Source of the DNA: Octopus sinensis
Taxonomy: Eukaryota
Length of the DNA: 64,000 bases
Reading direction: 5' to 3'
NCBI RefSeq assembly: GCF_006345805.1
Contig: NC_042998.1
Span: forward strand, 108,376,001 to 108,440,000
Part shown: piece after piece, positions 41,513 through 54,907 of the stretch
Layout: each line of letters opens with the position of its first letter
Position numbering within the stretch: the stretch's first letter is position 1
Translations under genes and position numbers: made by a program
Notes under the pieces: generated by a model
The model's database searches: none
What the model was told of the DNA's origin: nothing
Seen by the model: the letters and a program-made list of their open reading frames with translations, nothing else

Positions 41513-42063
41513 CCCTGATGCAGTAAAAAGGAGTGGCTCTCGTGTCTTTTGATCGTAACCGATTGGAATTGTTATCATGTACATTGTTTTTGTCTTGGTA
41601 TAAAAGATGGGCTACAGCAAATATTCTGCTCAATACCACAGATTTGCTTGTCAGTTGTTTGACCATAACCATTTGACCATATCCCTTAGTGGCAGACGAT
41701 TTGTGCATATCTGATCACGAGCAGAAGAGGTGGGGGAGCATCATAGTCATGTGATGAGAGGGATTCTTTGGATTTTGAATAATTCACCTTTGGAAACATA
41801 GGTGGTTATTTCAACATCCTTGAACAATCCTTCTTCAGGGACCTTTTGAGCGGGACGGGCTACTCGACTACAAGAAAATTCTAACTGGGCCCCACCTGCA
41901 AGGTCATGCGATTTTTATCTTGATATGAGATCACCATGTTGTGCACATATGGTTGTGATGCATGTGCCTAGTGTACCCTTATCAAACGGTTAGTAATGAT
42001 GGGTATACTAGGCTTCGTATATTTTACCCCAGTGTCACTTTGATGGCATGCATTGCTCTCTCA
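41510..42063 (+). mobile_element. AAT-anchored element, copy 3
   Basis: Same termini as copy 1; (AAT)n flanks. Confidence 0.85.
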
Positions 42064-42080
42064 ATAATAATAATGATAAA

Positions 42081-42639
42081 ATGCCCTGATGCAGTACCAG
42101 GTAGTGGCTCTCATGGCTGCTGATCCTAACTGATTGGAAGTGTTTTCATGTACATTGATTTTGTCTTGGTATAAAAGATGGGCTACAGCAAATATTCTGC
42201 TCAATACCACAGTTTTGTTTGTCAGTTGTTTGACCATAAACATTTGAGCATGTCTCTTAGTGGCTGACGATATGTGCATCTCTGATCACGAGCAGAAGTA
42301 GTGGGGAGCATCATAGCCATGTTGTGAGAGGGATTCTTTGTGGTTTGAATAATTCACCTCTGGAAACATGGGTGTTTCGTTCAACATCCTTAAACAACCC
42401 TTATTCAGGGACCTTTGAGCGGGATGGGTTACTCGATCAGAAGAAAATTCTAACTGGGCCCCACCTGCAAGGTCATGTGCTGTTTATCTTGATATGAGAT
42501 CACCATGTCGCGCACATATGGTTGTGATGCATGTGGCTAGTGTACCCTTATCAAACGAGTAGTCATGATAGGTATACTGGGCTTCGTATATTGTACCCCA
42601 GTGTCACTTTGATGGCATGCATTGCTCTCTCTCTCACTC

Positions 42640-42640
<1 letters not shown>
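42081..42640 (+). mobile_element. AAT-anchored element, copy 4
   Basis: Tandem to copy 3, separated by a short AAT tract; diverged from copy 3. Confidence 0.85.
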
Positions 42641-42693
<53 letters not shown>

Positions 42694-44041
42694 TGTACTC
42701 AAACCCACTCATACACTCATATGTAGAATATAACATCACTCACAAAATTTTTAACAAAAGAACAAGGTCAACATGATCGACCTTGAGAGAAATATGTGGT
42801 AGCAATTCACAATATTGATTTATAAGAGAAATTGATCGTGCTTATGTTAGTAGCATAAATATAACTTTACAAACAAGCAACAGTAAGTGGTGTATATGTA
42901 AATCACTGTATTCTCATCGGACTAACTTCTATCCTATAACAGATCCAACTTGTAAAACCAAAATGATTCTTAACTATGTTTGGTATTGGCACGCTCAACC
43001 GATAAATTTTCCACAATAACAATTATTAGACAGATGCTTTGTATTTCTGTACATAACTTCATGATTAGGTAACTCACTTCGCAATCAGATAGATTCGGTT
43101 TAACTCTGTTGCAGTGTAGCCTCAGTCATAACCCTGACCCAACTGGACTAAAGCTTTATGAATAAAATTGGCTTCATAGAATCTATGTAAAGCTCGTGGG
43201 ATATAATTTTATCTTGGTGCCTGTGATCCGGTTTCATAACAGGTTCTTGGGTGTCTCTAGTGGAATATTTTCTTTTGTAAGCTTTCGCCTCCGTTCTGGA
43301 GCAACTCAGTATTTTGATATGTTTATTCCTACCACGACAACCTATGAGTCGAGGTTTTTAGTTCCGCACCATACTAGACTCGGTGGTTCTGTTCACCACT
43401 TCCTTCTTTAAGTCTCAAAAGAAAAATTTAACCGTGCTTGTCTCGCTGTCAGCAAAATAAAGTACTAGTAAAAACTGGAAGTGCTTGGCGAAAGGAAATC
43501 CATGTTGGATATGGCAGAACGCATTTGATCCCAGCTGATGCGATGCGAGACCATTAACAACAAGGACAACAAATATACTACCTGTTAATTACTTATACTA
43601 CCAGTCAATTACTGGGGTTGACATAATCGACATAACCTCTCCCAAGTATGTAGCCTTATACCTATATTAGAAGGCATTATTTTTAGTTATTGTTGCTTTT
43701 TCCGTTCTGCTATGCTGGTTATTATCATTTATTAATGTGTCTATTTTTATTCACTTACGACCCAGCAGTTTAAAAGTAAACTTTAGATATACTAATTCTC
43801 AGAATGTTTGCTCCGATACTATAATAAAAAAAGCTGGTGATAAAATAGATTGAAGTAATTAGTGAACTAATTTAAGCCTACACAACCCAGAAAATTCTTA
43901 AAATTTCGAATTTTAATATAATTTTATAAATATATGATTTTCAAGTGTCTTTTATTGTGAAATATATCAAATGCAGAGAACTAATTTTAATTCACTGTGA
44001 GAATGTTTTTCAACACTGCTTGATAGCTTTCCTTCTTTATC

Positions 44042-44109
<68 letters not shown>

Positions 44110-45398
44110 CCATGTACAGGCATTATAAGTAAAAATATTTTTCCAAATTATAAGTTTAATCCAGTTTGAGTCAAATTGTGTTGATGCCAGCATTCTTTAT
44201 TAGTTGTGGCTATTATTGAAGAAATAGAAAGCTGCCGAGAATGAATACGTTTGCTGAGATCACTATTTCAGTTATCGTAGTTCACATAGTAAACGACGAG
44301 AATAAAAAAATATAATTTTCTGTCTCTGTACGTTTGTAATTGTGTGTTTGTTTAGGTTATTAATACTAAATTGTACAAATACATACATACACGCATACAT
44401 ATACATACATCATGCATATAAACATAAACGTGTGTGTGTGTACACACGCACATACACACGCACACACACATACACACATCGACGGAAATGTAGAACGAAT
44501 AAGCTATACAATCACGTGTTCGGACCTACAATAAGTTTTCCAATATTATTTTCTTCCAGTGCAAGCTAGCTGTTCAATCCACTTTACTGCCATGCAAATT
44601 ACGAAGTCTTCTGATGTGCATATATACGATTAACAGAGATATCTCGTATTACGTGGCAAGGTTAAGCCAACATAATATCTTATTTAGTCATAAATTCTAA
44701 CACTGTATTTGACTACTTGCTATTATTCAAAATTTATTGAACAAAAGAGCATTGTTAGACGAATAAATGATACAAAGAGAAATTAGACGAAATCAACTGG
44801 GAATCATGTGTAAATATTATTCAGCGAAAAAAAAAGTATTATTCGTCCGAAAAGAAACTGCATTTCCACAAACTTCCAAACAAAACGGATTGAAATTCGT
44901 CAGTGATTGTATTGGTCCAAGACAAACTCATCAAATATTTAACTATCTCGTTGTAAGACACCACAAAAACTGTTCCGCCAATATGACTTCGATTGTTGAC
45001 GGAATCTGTTCAGAGAATATATTTACCCTCGTACCATTCTACCTCTAAATGATAGACAAAGACATAATCTTAGAATATAAATACCTCCATAGATACATAG
45101 TCATATGGATATAGCTTTCGTATGATTACTGTCTTCGCATAAATATGGCCATATGAATATCATTTTCATATAATATAATCATCATCTTATAATAATTTTG
45201 CTTGCCATTACGTTACTTAGCCCGCCGGTAATGCTTTCACGTGATTAGAGGAAAAGAAGGAGAGAGAAGCGTTTATGACTGGAGGTAGAGGGAATGTAAT
45301 CGTAACGCTTTCACGTGATGAGTTGAAAGGAAAGAAAGAAGAAAGAAAAAGGAGAGAGAAAAAGAGGATAAGGCGAAGAGTGAGACAGAAAGAGGGAG

Positions 45399-45445
<47 letters not shown>

Positions 45446-47869
45446 CGTTCATGACTTGAGGTAGGGGAACGTAATATTTATTACGTGATTATAACAGTTG
45501 AAGGTAGTGGAAGAGAGTTAGAAATATAATTTTAAGAGAGGAGTGATGTTGTGATGGTGAGGGTATATAGAGGTAGAGAAAAAGGGGAGAAAGAGAGAAG
45601 AGAGAGGAGAAAGAGAAGAAAGAGAGAGGGTAGAGACATGATGATGATGATGATGGTGGTGTTTTTTTAGATCACCAATTGCTTAACGTATGCGCATAAG
45701 TGCAATTCCATGAAATTCAAGCTTTTTTATGTGGCAGATATATGCAATTTAACTAAAGGTTGTATCATATGTTCGGGATACTTTTATTTGTTTGTTTACG
45801 GGAAAAATGGAAAAATAAGAGTGACTATTTATTTTATGAGTACTGTGTATTAAGTCTATAAAATTGTGCATTAAGTAATCATCGTATTCCAGTTTCGCTC
45901 ACTTTTCAATAAGTAGCAGATGAGTGACTATTTTTCCATACAGACACTACACAGGCTACGCTTTCAGGTTCTTTTGGATTAGGTTTTCAGAAATAACCCA
46001 ACAAGTTTACCATTAATTCCATAAAACATTCACGGGTCCCTCTAGTATGGACTTAACCATCATATAAGCATAGTATTCATATTAACATTACTTCGTATAA
46101 ACATAACGTTACTGTAAACTGTATTTTGGTGTTGTTATCTCTCTGAAGCTATATATTCATAGTATGACAGACTGCATGCAAAATTGTTTCTCTGATAGTA
46201 GACAAATTTGTGTTTAATCTAATATGTATCTTCATAGACGCATCCATCAACAAGAAAATTTGGAGATTATCGCATTCAAAAGAAATGTTGTTTAAACAAA
46301 AGCAATCGGCGCATATGGCGTTAACTAAATTTGTTCAGATCAAATTTCAGTAATGATGAAATTGTAATTCTTGTCTGAATCCGTCGTTTAACAGATTAGA
46401 AAGCGTTAAATTAGAACTCACTGCTTCGATAACGCAGCTGATGTAAATGATATTATTACTTCACTTTGTATATCTCGTTGTGCATCCGAAATGCACATCA
46501 ATGAATATCAGGAGAAAAGAAAATTGACAATCTATTAAATAAAAAGCTTTGTAATAAACTTGTGGGAAAAAATTCTGGTCTTTGGTAAAATGCAATGTTA
46601 TTTGTGTAATCTCTCGTGACGCAGTTTAAGTTAGTAGCCAAACATTGAAATCTTTACAAAAATACATCGCGACTGACAATAACAAAACAACCATAAACAG
46701 ACATTTCTGTCGGAATATATTCTTTATTATAAACCACTCAAAATATTTTTGGAGAGAATTACAAAATGAAAAAGAAAGATAAATATAGATAAAAAAGTAA
46801 TATGTTTATTTTTTCTTTTCTCGCAAGTCGGTCTCTTTAGTAGGAGTAACAGAGAACAATAATCCAGATTCTACGAGACGATAAATTTTTGTACATCAAT
46901 GTAAATTTCAGCATCTACACGAATGGAATTATATCAACCAAACTTTTGTACCTTATTACAATTTTAAGCACAGGAAATTGTAAGCACATTTACAAAAAAG
47001 ATGGCGGAGTTTAGATACAATATAAAATCTCATTGAAGTAACGTATAGAAATATCTAAGCTGACTAGATTGCTCCTTACGTCAATGCTAGATTTTAATGT
47101 CGAAAGTAAATCATTAACTGGATTGCAACTCAATATTCAATTTTTTTTACTTAGAGTGTCTGGTGGAAGCGAGAGTCACCATAGCTTCCGCACGCCCTCC
47201 TATACCAATAAGATTCATGCTATACATGTTCCTGTTGAACCTTTTAACTCAACACCTGCGGAAAAGACATGAACAAGACGGAACTTCAAAGGAGCTGAGG
47301 TTCTTGGAAAGTTCTGGGTACGGCGATTAGTCCGGGGGTTGGGGATTGGAGATAGGAAAGATAATGAGAAGAGGAGAGGCGCGTGTATTGAGAATCCCTG
47401 AATGAAGGTAGCCTGAGCTCAGGCAGCTTCGAAGAACTGAGACCATTAACAGGGTGCGATAGAGTCCCATATTTGATACGGCCATTTGTGTAGCACTAAT
47501 GAGGTTAAGCACATGGCAACGGTTTCATATATGTAGCTAATATTTCATGTTTTTTTTTTCCAGTTACCATTATGGTTTGGACAGGTGCATACTGTGATGC
47601 TTCTGCTGAAAAGTTTATCAAAAATGGTGAACCTGTGCTTCGATGCAGAAAGCTTTTCGTATTCATTTTAGGCTAAGTTGAATAATACTGTTTCAGATTG
47701 AAAATTCATGTGATCATTGACTGAAAATTTCAAACTGATAAGTTAATCACAGAAAAGAATTTGGGAGATCTCGGACCGGTCGAATTCCAGAAAATGGTCA
47801 AACTGCGAAACAGCTTGCTTTGCAGTTTCCGGAAGGTTAAACTCGTAAATATGCTTCTGTTTTGTGTTT

Positions 47870-48460
47870 GTCTGATATCGAACTGTCGAGAATTTTACAA
47901 ACCAATATCATACTCCATCCATGCAATAATGATTGTTCAGGAACTTCATGAGCGTGACTGGGAAAACCGCATGGCATGTTGTGAAGAGTTTCTTCACAAC
48001 GTTCCTGCAGATACTGTTCTCCTCATAATCAATAAAGTCCACTTTCATCTGTCTGGTTGCGTCAATAAGCAGAAATTTCACTACTGGTTGAAAAGAAAAA
48101 AACCCTAAGGAAAATCATGAAAGAACTCTATACAGCGAGCGAGTTACTGAAAGTGTACTGTTGCAAATTTGATGTTCGGAGCTTTTGCATTTTTCTTGAG
48201 GAAGGTTAAGCGATTACAATAGCATATGTGAAATGCTACGGTACTTTCTGGAGACTAAGATTACAGACCTTGGAAATTCATGTGTGCAGTTTCAACAGAA
48301 TAGAGCCACCGCTCATAGAGCGTGATCAATGGAAGTTTCGAAACTTCTGTTTCCAGTACACTTGATCTCTTCACACAATGTCATTGGGTGGCTTACACTC
48401 TCACCTGATTTCGTATCCTGTGATTTTTTTTGTGGGAGACGTTACCTGGAATCTGAAATC
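47870..48460 (+). mobile_element. rosa-like (DD41D group) Tc1/mariner transposase remnant
   Basis: IMIVQELHERDWENRMACCEEFL..VHFHLSGCVNKQKFHYW and QFQQNRATAH..SPDFVSCDFFLW motifs; no clear TIRs; DD spacing not countable. Confidence 0.7.
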
Positions 48461-48559
48461 TATTAACATCAAGTTCCTGAGTTATCAATCCCGTAATTTA
48501 TTTTATTAAATATGTTAATCAAATTGCAGGTGGCACCCATTATGTTACTGCTTTTTCCA

Positions 48560-48950
48560 GATTGACGACACTGATATGGCTGACACCCAACTGAACATTT
48601 ACAGGATGTTCAAGGAAAACATCGGCGTTGATAAATCCTGGGTCTGGTCAAAATGTTATCAAGAAAATGAATCCCATTAAAGACATTTAAGAACCAAGTA
48701 ATGCTGTTATATCTGACAGGTTGCTATGCTATGAATCCTTAAGATGATAATCTAGGAATTTCGTTTGGAGGCGGTTGTAGAGATTGACTAATGTAATTAA
48801 GGTATAAAATGGAATTAGCATGGCGCCTTAAGTTCTGATTTTACGCAGACATAAACTCCATCATGTCTACGAATTTTGACATTTTGTGTAAATCGTTCAC
48901 AGTTCGTGATGTCCAGCATGTAGAATGATTCCCCGTCTACTTTGGTTGGT
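48560..48950 (-). mobile_element. Possible CR1/L2-like LINE 3' remnant
   Basis: Weak similarity to LINE C-terminal ..FLDNI..DQPR segment; heavily decayed. Confidence 0.35.
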
Positions 48951-49114
48951 AAAAGTCATTAATCATTGTCTTCTACTTTGACTTCTTGTTGATACAACGC
49001 TAACTAGACATTAAACGTTGGCTTTATATCTGGAGTTTAAAGACACGCACGTACACACATTCGCATACGAGAATTACATGCATCTCTGTAATTATGTATA
49101 TATATATATATATA

Positions 49115-49512
49115 TATATAAAACTGAGAATGTGTGACTGTTTGTCTGTCTGTTTGTCTGTGTGTTTCCCTAAAACTTGATAACTACGCAACCAATTTCA
49201 TTCAAATTTCACACATGCCTTACTTAGGGTCTGGGGAGTGTCATCGGCAAACATTTTAAAAAACTTTTTGCCTAGGGCGAGCCCACAGTAATATCATATC
49301 TTCTCCACTCTGATTCCCTAAAACTTGAGAACTACAGAACCAGTTTCATTCAAATTTTACACATGCCTTACTTAGGGTTCATGTGGAATCATGTGCAAAA
49401 AATGTTTAACTTCTCGCCTAGAGCGAGCCCACAGCAGTATCATATCTTCTCCACTATTTCAGTATTACGTGTTAAAAGTGAAACAAAATCATCTCTCTAT
49501 TGTATGTATATG

Positions 49513-49547
<35 letters not shown>

Positions 49548-50515
49548 CAAAATATAAAGTTATATCTTGAGATCGTTTGTGACAACAACGCTCAAAATAT
49601 ATAACAGACTGGAACAGTAGTGCTCAAATGAGCTGTATACACTTTTTAATCCGAGGGGAGGCAATGCGAGCAGCAACTGCAAAAGCACTACACAATCCAC
49701 AGAAAGATCAAACACATACATATATTCATTTATATCTACAGAACAGACATAAAGCCCGACGTTTAGAAATATATAGTAATATATAAATATATAAACATCA
49801 TATAAAAATATATTGTACGCATAAGATCCACTCGACATTCCATAAGAAATTTAGAAATAAAAATTGCAATAAAAGTTAGAGGTAATAATAACAATTGAAT
49901 TAAATATAGTAAATATAGTAAGTAGTAATTAAACATATTTTATTTTATTAAAATGGTAATTAAATCGTTATATAACAATTAAAAGAAAAAATAGCAATTA
50001 GTAATAAATGTTTCAAGGACTTGAACTCGAATATGTGGCTTTGCATGAATGGGAGAAATTAAAAGATGAAATATTTAATTGAGTGCAGAAGTGAATTAGT
50101 CCAGATGGAGATGTGCTCATACCATTTACTATAGCTGCTAGATTGAATTATATGCTTATAAAGTAGCATTCAGTATCTAGGAGAATTTTTGGGAGTACGT
50201 AATGTCTGGTCTTTCGCATGTAGCGGGTATGTAATTGTGCATTTGTTTCCGTGTACTATGTGTTGTGTGTAAAAAACATCCTGACGAGGGAAGTGTCAAT
50301 TTTAAATATATAATATATTTCATATTAATTGATGCATCTCTGAACTTTTATGTATTTTTGTAAATCTGTATATTTATCTTCTATGTAATTTTCTCTGGAA
50401 TTTTAATTGGTCTTTTTAATATGTCATTGTATGTTTTATTACCCCAAATTTTTAATTTAACAAATTTATACCAAACTAGCACTATGACCCGGCAACGCCG
50501 GGTCATAATGCTAGT
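49115..50515 (+). mobile_element. Non-autonomous Helitron-like element, probably interrupted by a PLE fragment (about 49560-50465)
   Basis: 5' ataaaactgagaatgtgtg plus TCTG-type repeats; internal tandem duplication of period 148 (49166-49457); 3' hairpin gacccggc-aac-gccgggtc followed by CTAG at 50511-50514. Confidence 0.65.
50274..50355 (+). ncRNA. Degenerate type I HHR with long helix II
   Basis: CTGACGA at 50281-50287, then GGGAAGTGTCAATT..AATTGATGCATCTC (14 positions, one mismatch), then TGAAC instead of GAAA; about 170 bp downstream of a weak GIY-YIG-like remnant. Confidence 0.45.
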
Positions 50516-50665
50516 ATATATATATATATATATATATGCGCGCGCGTGTGTGTGTGAGTGTATGTGTGTATATGTACAGAGTTTTTGAAGTAATGTACAG
50601 ATATTGTATATCGAGAATAAAAAGGTAGTCGGAATGTTGAATGATTAAATATATTTTTATTTACA

Positions 50666-50704
50666 TTTATAACGCTTTCTTCCGTTATCGGATTTATCAA
50701 TAAA
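50666..50704 (-). ncRNA. Minimal type I HHR, U3-A8 variant
   Basis: TTTA-TTGATAA-A TCCG ataa CGGA A-GAAA-GCGT-TA-TAAA. Confidence 0.65.
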
Positions 50705-52139
50705 GTGGTTTACAGTAAGTTTGTCTCGCTCTTTTATATAGAATTGAAACTGACGATGTTTTAGATAGGGAGAGTGAATGGGAAGAGGAACAAATTAGAA
50801 AGGAAGGTGCAGGGCTGAGAGAGGAGGATAGAGCGCAAGAATCCATAGACAGCAAATCCGACAAGAAAAACTACGAAAACTTCCACTGAGCAAACATTTG
50901 GAAATATGTGGAGAAAGAAAAATCTCCACCTTCTATAAATGCTCAAGGAATGATCCAAACTTCCGAAATACAACGGAACTATATTTCATAAAGAAGTTCT
51001 CACCAAAATTAAACGGTTGAAACAAACAGAAAGAGCAAACATTTGGAAATATGTGGAGAAGGAAAATTCAAGGAACGATCCAAAGTTCCGAAGGACAACG
51101 GAAATATATTTCATAAAAAAAGGCAACAAAAATTAAACGTTTGAACAAACTACATCAATATACAGGGATACTCCATCAAATTAAATGGAATAAATCGAGG
51201 GTGCAACAGCATCATACCAAGATACTATACCCAACCAACATTCCCGGAAAATATGATTGGGAAGACGTAATGCGAATACTAAAACACTCATGTTTGGTCC
51301 CCTCCAAACATAGCCTGTATGAAACCAATCGTCACTGGGGAGACGGTATATTTCCATGGACATTACGATTTCTTATGATTTGTTGATACTGATTCTTTGA
51401 TTTAAATTGTATTTATAATTGTGAATATATTCACCTACGAAAGATATATTTTCACTGACATTTTGATTCCTCCCCCTTTAAAGACTCTGATCATATTTAT
51501 GATTTTTTTAAGAAATTCAGATCATATTTATAATTGAGAAGCACTAATCCACACCTAAATCTTTCTCAGATTGTATTTAAAATCATAACTATATTTACTT
51601 AAAAATCACTCTTTCAAAAACATAGACATACATGGCTAAAGCAAAAACACCTGGCATTTTAATAAAAAAAAATTGAACACACCCACACAACCATTCTCTC
51701 CCCCTTGCATTAATGAATACAAAAGAATTAAAAAACAAGACCTTGAAATTTTATTGTAATTCTTACTGGAGAAAGTCAAAAACAACATCTAGCTTTCCAG
51801 TTAAAAACTTTGACCAATTGAATACAAAAATTCATTTTCCTAAGTGGAAAAAACAATATAATGAATCCTAATCAAACAAGTCAGACCAAACTGATACAAA
51901 AGCTATGCCTCCTTTACCTCCATCTCTCAAACATTTTTCTTCTTAATTTTCCCTTCCTTCGCAAGCCCCCCCCCCAACACACTCCTACTTTCTTTTCTCT
52001 TCTCTATCCTGTTTTCCCCTCCTCTCTCAGCCCTGCACCTTCCTTTCTAATTTGTTCCTCTCCTCCTCTGTCTCCCTTTCTAAAATATCATCAGTTTCAA
52101 TTCTATGTAAAAAGGCGAAGCAAACTTATTGTAAACCAC

Positions 52140-52178
52140 TTTTTTGATAAATCCGATAACGGAAGAAAGCACTAAAAA
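52140..52178 (+). ncRNA. Minimal type I HHR, U3-A8 variant (second copy)
   Basis: TTTT-TTGATAA-A TCCG ataa CGGA A-GAAA-GCAC-TA-AAAA. Confidence 0.65.
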
Positions 52179-52225
52179 ATATAATATACAAATATATGTA
52201 ATCAGCCAACATTCTGACTACCTTG

Positions 52226-52307
<82 letters not shown>

Positions 52308-52315
52308 TATATATA

Positions 52316-52399
<84 letters not shown>

Positions 52400-52438
52400 T
52401 ATATACATACATATATATATATATATAGATATATATAT

Positions 52439-52509
<71 letters not shown>

Positions 52510-52515
52510 ATGTTA

Positions 52516-52576
<61 letters not shown>
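52226..52576. repeat. Long imperfect (TA)n tract
   Basis: Direct reading. Confidence 0.95.
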
Positions 52577-52742
52577 AACTTAGCGGTTCGGTAAATATAT
52601 ATATATAACTTAGCGGTTCGGCAAAAAGACCTATAGACTAAGCACCAGGCTTACAAAAAATAATTCCCGGGGTTGAGTTTTTCGACTAAAAAGCGGTGCT
52701 CCAGCATGGCCACAGTGAAATGACTGAAACAAGTAAAAGAAT
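52577..52742 (+). mobile_element. SINE family 1, 3' half only
   Basis: Begins at aacttagcggttcgg (locally duplicated) and runs to the gaaacaagtaaaaga tail. Confidence 0.8.
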
Positions 52743-53359
52743 AATGTTAATTTTGTTTTTAAGTGTACATCGAACTAAGAAGAGATCTGCAGATACTTGA
52801 ACGGGATTTGCTTTCAAATTATACCTATCATTATTTGCGCGCTGAATTATGTAACTAACTGCATCATTAACGACTATGTGAAGCTAAAGTTAACAAAGCC
52901 AGAAAGGGCGTGGCTGATTAGAAGCTGTTTGGTTAGAGAGAGGCAGTTTTTCTATTGGGTAGAAAGTTTTGAAATAAAATATGAATATTCAGTCCATATA
53001 CATGCATACACAAAATTTTAATGGATTTCTATCGGTTTAGTAGATGGTACTCAGTTGTTCCCTCCGTTGAATTACTTATTCCTTGAATTAGAGGTTCTGC
53101 AGAGTTTCTGTTTACCTTATTGTTATTTTTTCAACCGTTCTGATTATTTTGGCCGCCATGGGTTTTGCAGTAAATCACTAAATCATCCATAACTTTTGTA
53201 TTATCCTCTCAAATTACACAAAAATCTCAGACAATAACAATTAATATCGTATTTATTGTCTGTGAAAATTATAGAATATAAAACAACTTTGATAAAAACT
53301 TATACCTACTTTTCTGACGAAAACAATGCCGTTCTGAACATTTTGGCCGCAACTGTTTA

Positions 53360-53404
<45 letters not shown>

Positions 53405-53626
53405 TCAATATAGGGTGGCACAAAAATTTTGTAGAATTTGTTTGCCACCAGCGGCCTAGTGGGAAAAAATTAAATAGTCAAAGACCATTTTTAAGTTCAA
53501 CATCAACAATCAAGGAACGGCCATAATAGGCCATTCACCCACTAGAAATAACAGCCAAAGCTTCAACCGCAAATAAAAATCAATTCCGTAAACCAGGAGA
53601 AAATTTAAAAAACATTTACCCTGTAA

Positions 53627-53731
53627 TTTCTTATACGATGCACCGTTTCATCTGCTGTTTAATGGTAAACTAACCTGATTAAATTAAATCAAGCCAATCT
53701 TCCATAGGCCCTCAGATTCTTCAGTAAGAAA
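53627..53731 (-). ncRNA. Type I HHR, canonical core (unit 1)
   Basis: TTTCTTA-CTGAAGA-ATCTG..CAGAT-GAAA-CGGTGCATCG-TA-TAAGAAA. Confidence 0.88.
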
Positions 53732-54116
53732 TAGCCAAGTCGGAACAGATATTTTCACGAGGCATTTCCGACCCTGCCAAGGCAATATCTGACCTAAAAT
53801 TTTCAAATCATCGCACTCGCGCCAAATTTATCGGCAGCAAATAAATATAAGCCGTCGATTCCATTACGGAATTAACCAGAAAATTCATAATTAATCAATA
53901 TAGGGTGGCACAAAAATTTTGTAGAATTTGTTTGCCACCAGCGGCCTAGTGGGAAAAAATTAAATAGTCAAAGACCATTTTTAAGTTCAACATCAACAAT
54001 CAAGGAACGGCCATAATAGGCCATTCACCCACTAGAAATAACAGCCAAAGCTTCAACCGCAAATAAAAATCAATTCCGTAAACCAGGAGAAAATTTAAAA
54101 AACATTTACCCTGTAA

Positions 54117-54221
54117 TTTCTTATACGATGCACCATTTCATCTGCTGTTTAATGGTAAACTAACCTGATTAAATTAAATCAAGCCAATCTTCCATAGGCC
54201 CTCAGATTCTTCAGTAAGAAA
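54117..54221 (-). ncRNA. Type I HHR, canonical core (unit 2; C15.2 to T)
   Basis: As unit 1, but helix III begins TGG (U.G wobble). Confidence 0.85.
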
Positions 54222-54312
54222 TAGCCAAGTCGATGATTTGAAAATTTTAGGTCAGATATTGCCTTGGCAGGGTCGGAAATGCCTCGTGAAAATATCTGTT
54301 CCGACTTGGCTA

Positions 54313-54417
54313 TTTCTTACTGAAGAATCTGAGGGCCTATGGAAGATTGGCTTGATTTAATTTAATCAGGTTAGTTTACCATTAAACAGCAGATGAAACG
54401 GTGCATCGTATAAGAAA
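54313..54417 (+). ncRNA. Type I HHR, canonical core (unit 3)
   Basis: CTGAAGA 54320-54326; GAAA 54395-54398; predicted cleavage after 54410; 7-bp perfect helix I. Confidence 0.88.
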
Positions 54418-54802
54418 TTACAGGGTAAATGTTTTTTAAATTTTCTCCTGGTTTACGGAATTGATTTTTATTTGCGGTTGAAGCTTTGGCTGTTATTTCT
54501 AGTGGGTGAATGGCCTATTATGGCCGTTCCTTGATTGTTGATGTTGAACTTAAAAATGGTCTTTGACTATTTAATTTTTTCCCACTAGGCCGCTGGTGGC
54601 AAAGAAATTCTACAAAATTTTTGTGCCACCCTATATTGATTAATTATGAATTTTCTGGTTAATTCCGTAATGGAATCGACGGCTTATATTTATTTGCTGC
54701 CGATAAATTTGACGCGAGTGCGATGATTTGAAAATTTTAGGTCAGATATTGCCTTGGCAGGGTCGGAAATGCCTCGTGAAAATATCTGTTCTGACTTGGC
54801 TA

Positions 54803-54907
54803 TTTCTTACTGAAGAATCTGAGGGCCTATGGAAGATTGGCTTGATTTAATTTAATCAGGTTAGTTTACCATTAAACAGCAGATGAAACGGTGCATCGTA
54901 TAAGAAA
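54803..54907 (+). ncRNA. Type I HHR, canonical core (unit 4)
   Basis: CTGAAGA 54810-54816; predicted cleavage after 54900. Confidence 0.88.

Larger units (their letters stand above)
50655..52200 (+). mobile_element. Penelope-like element 3' fragment: GIY-YIG C-terminus, terminal repeat and inverted 5' repeat segment
   Basis: About 50842-51025 reads IHRQQIRQEKLRKLPLSKHLEICGERKISTFYKCSRNDPNFRNTTELYFIKKFSPKLNG*; diverged partial repeat at 51030-51145; about 50670-50830 is inverted relative to 52015-52175. Confidence 0.85.
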
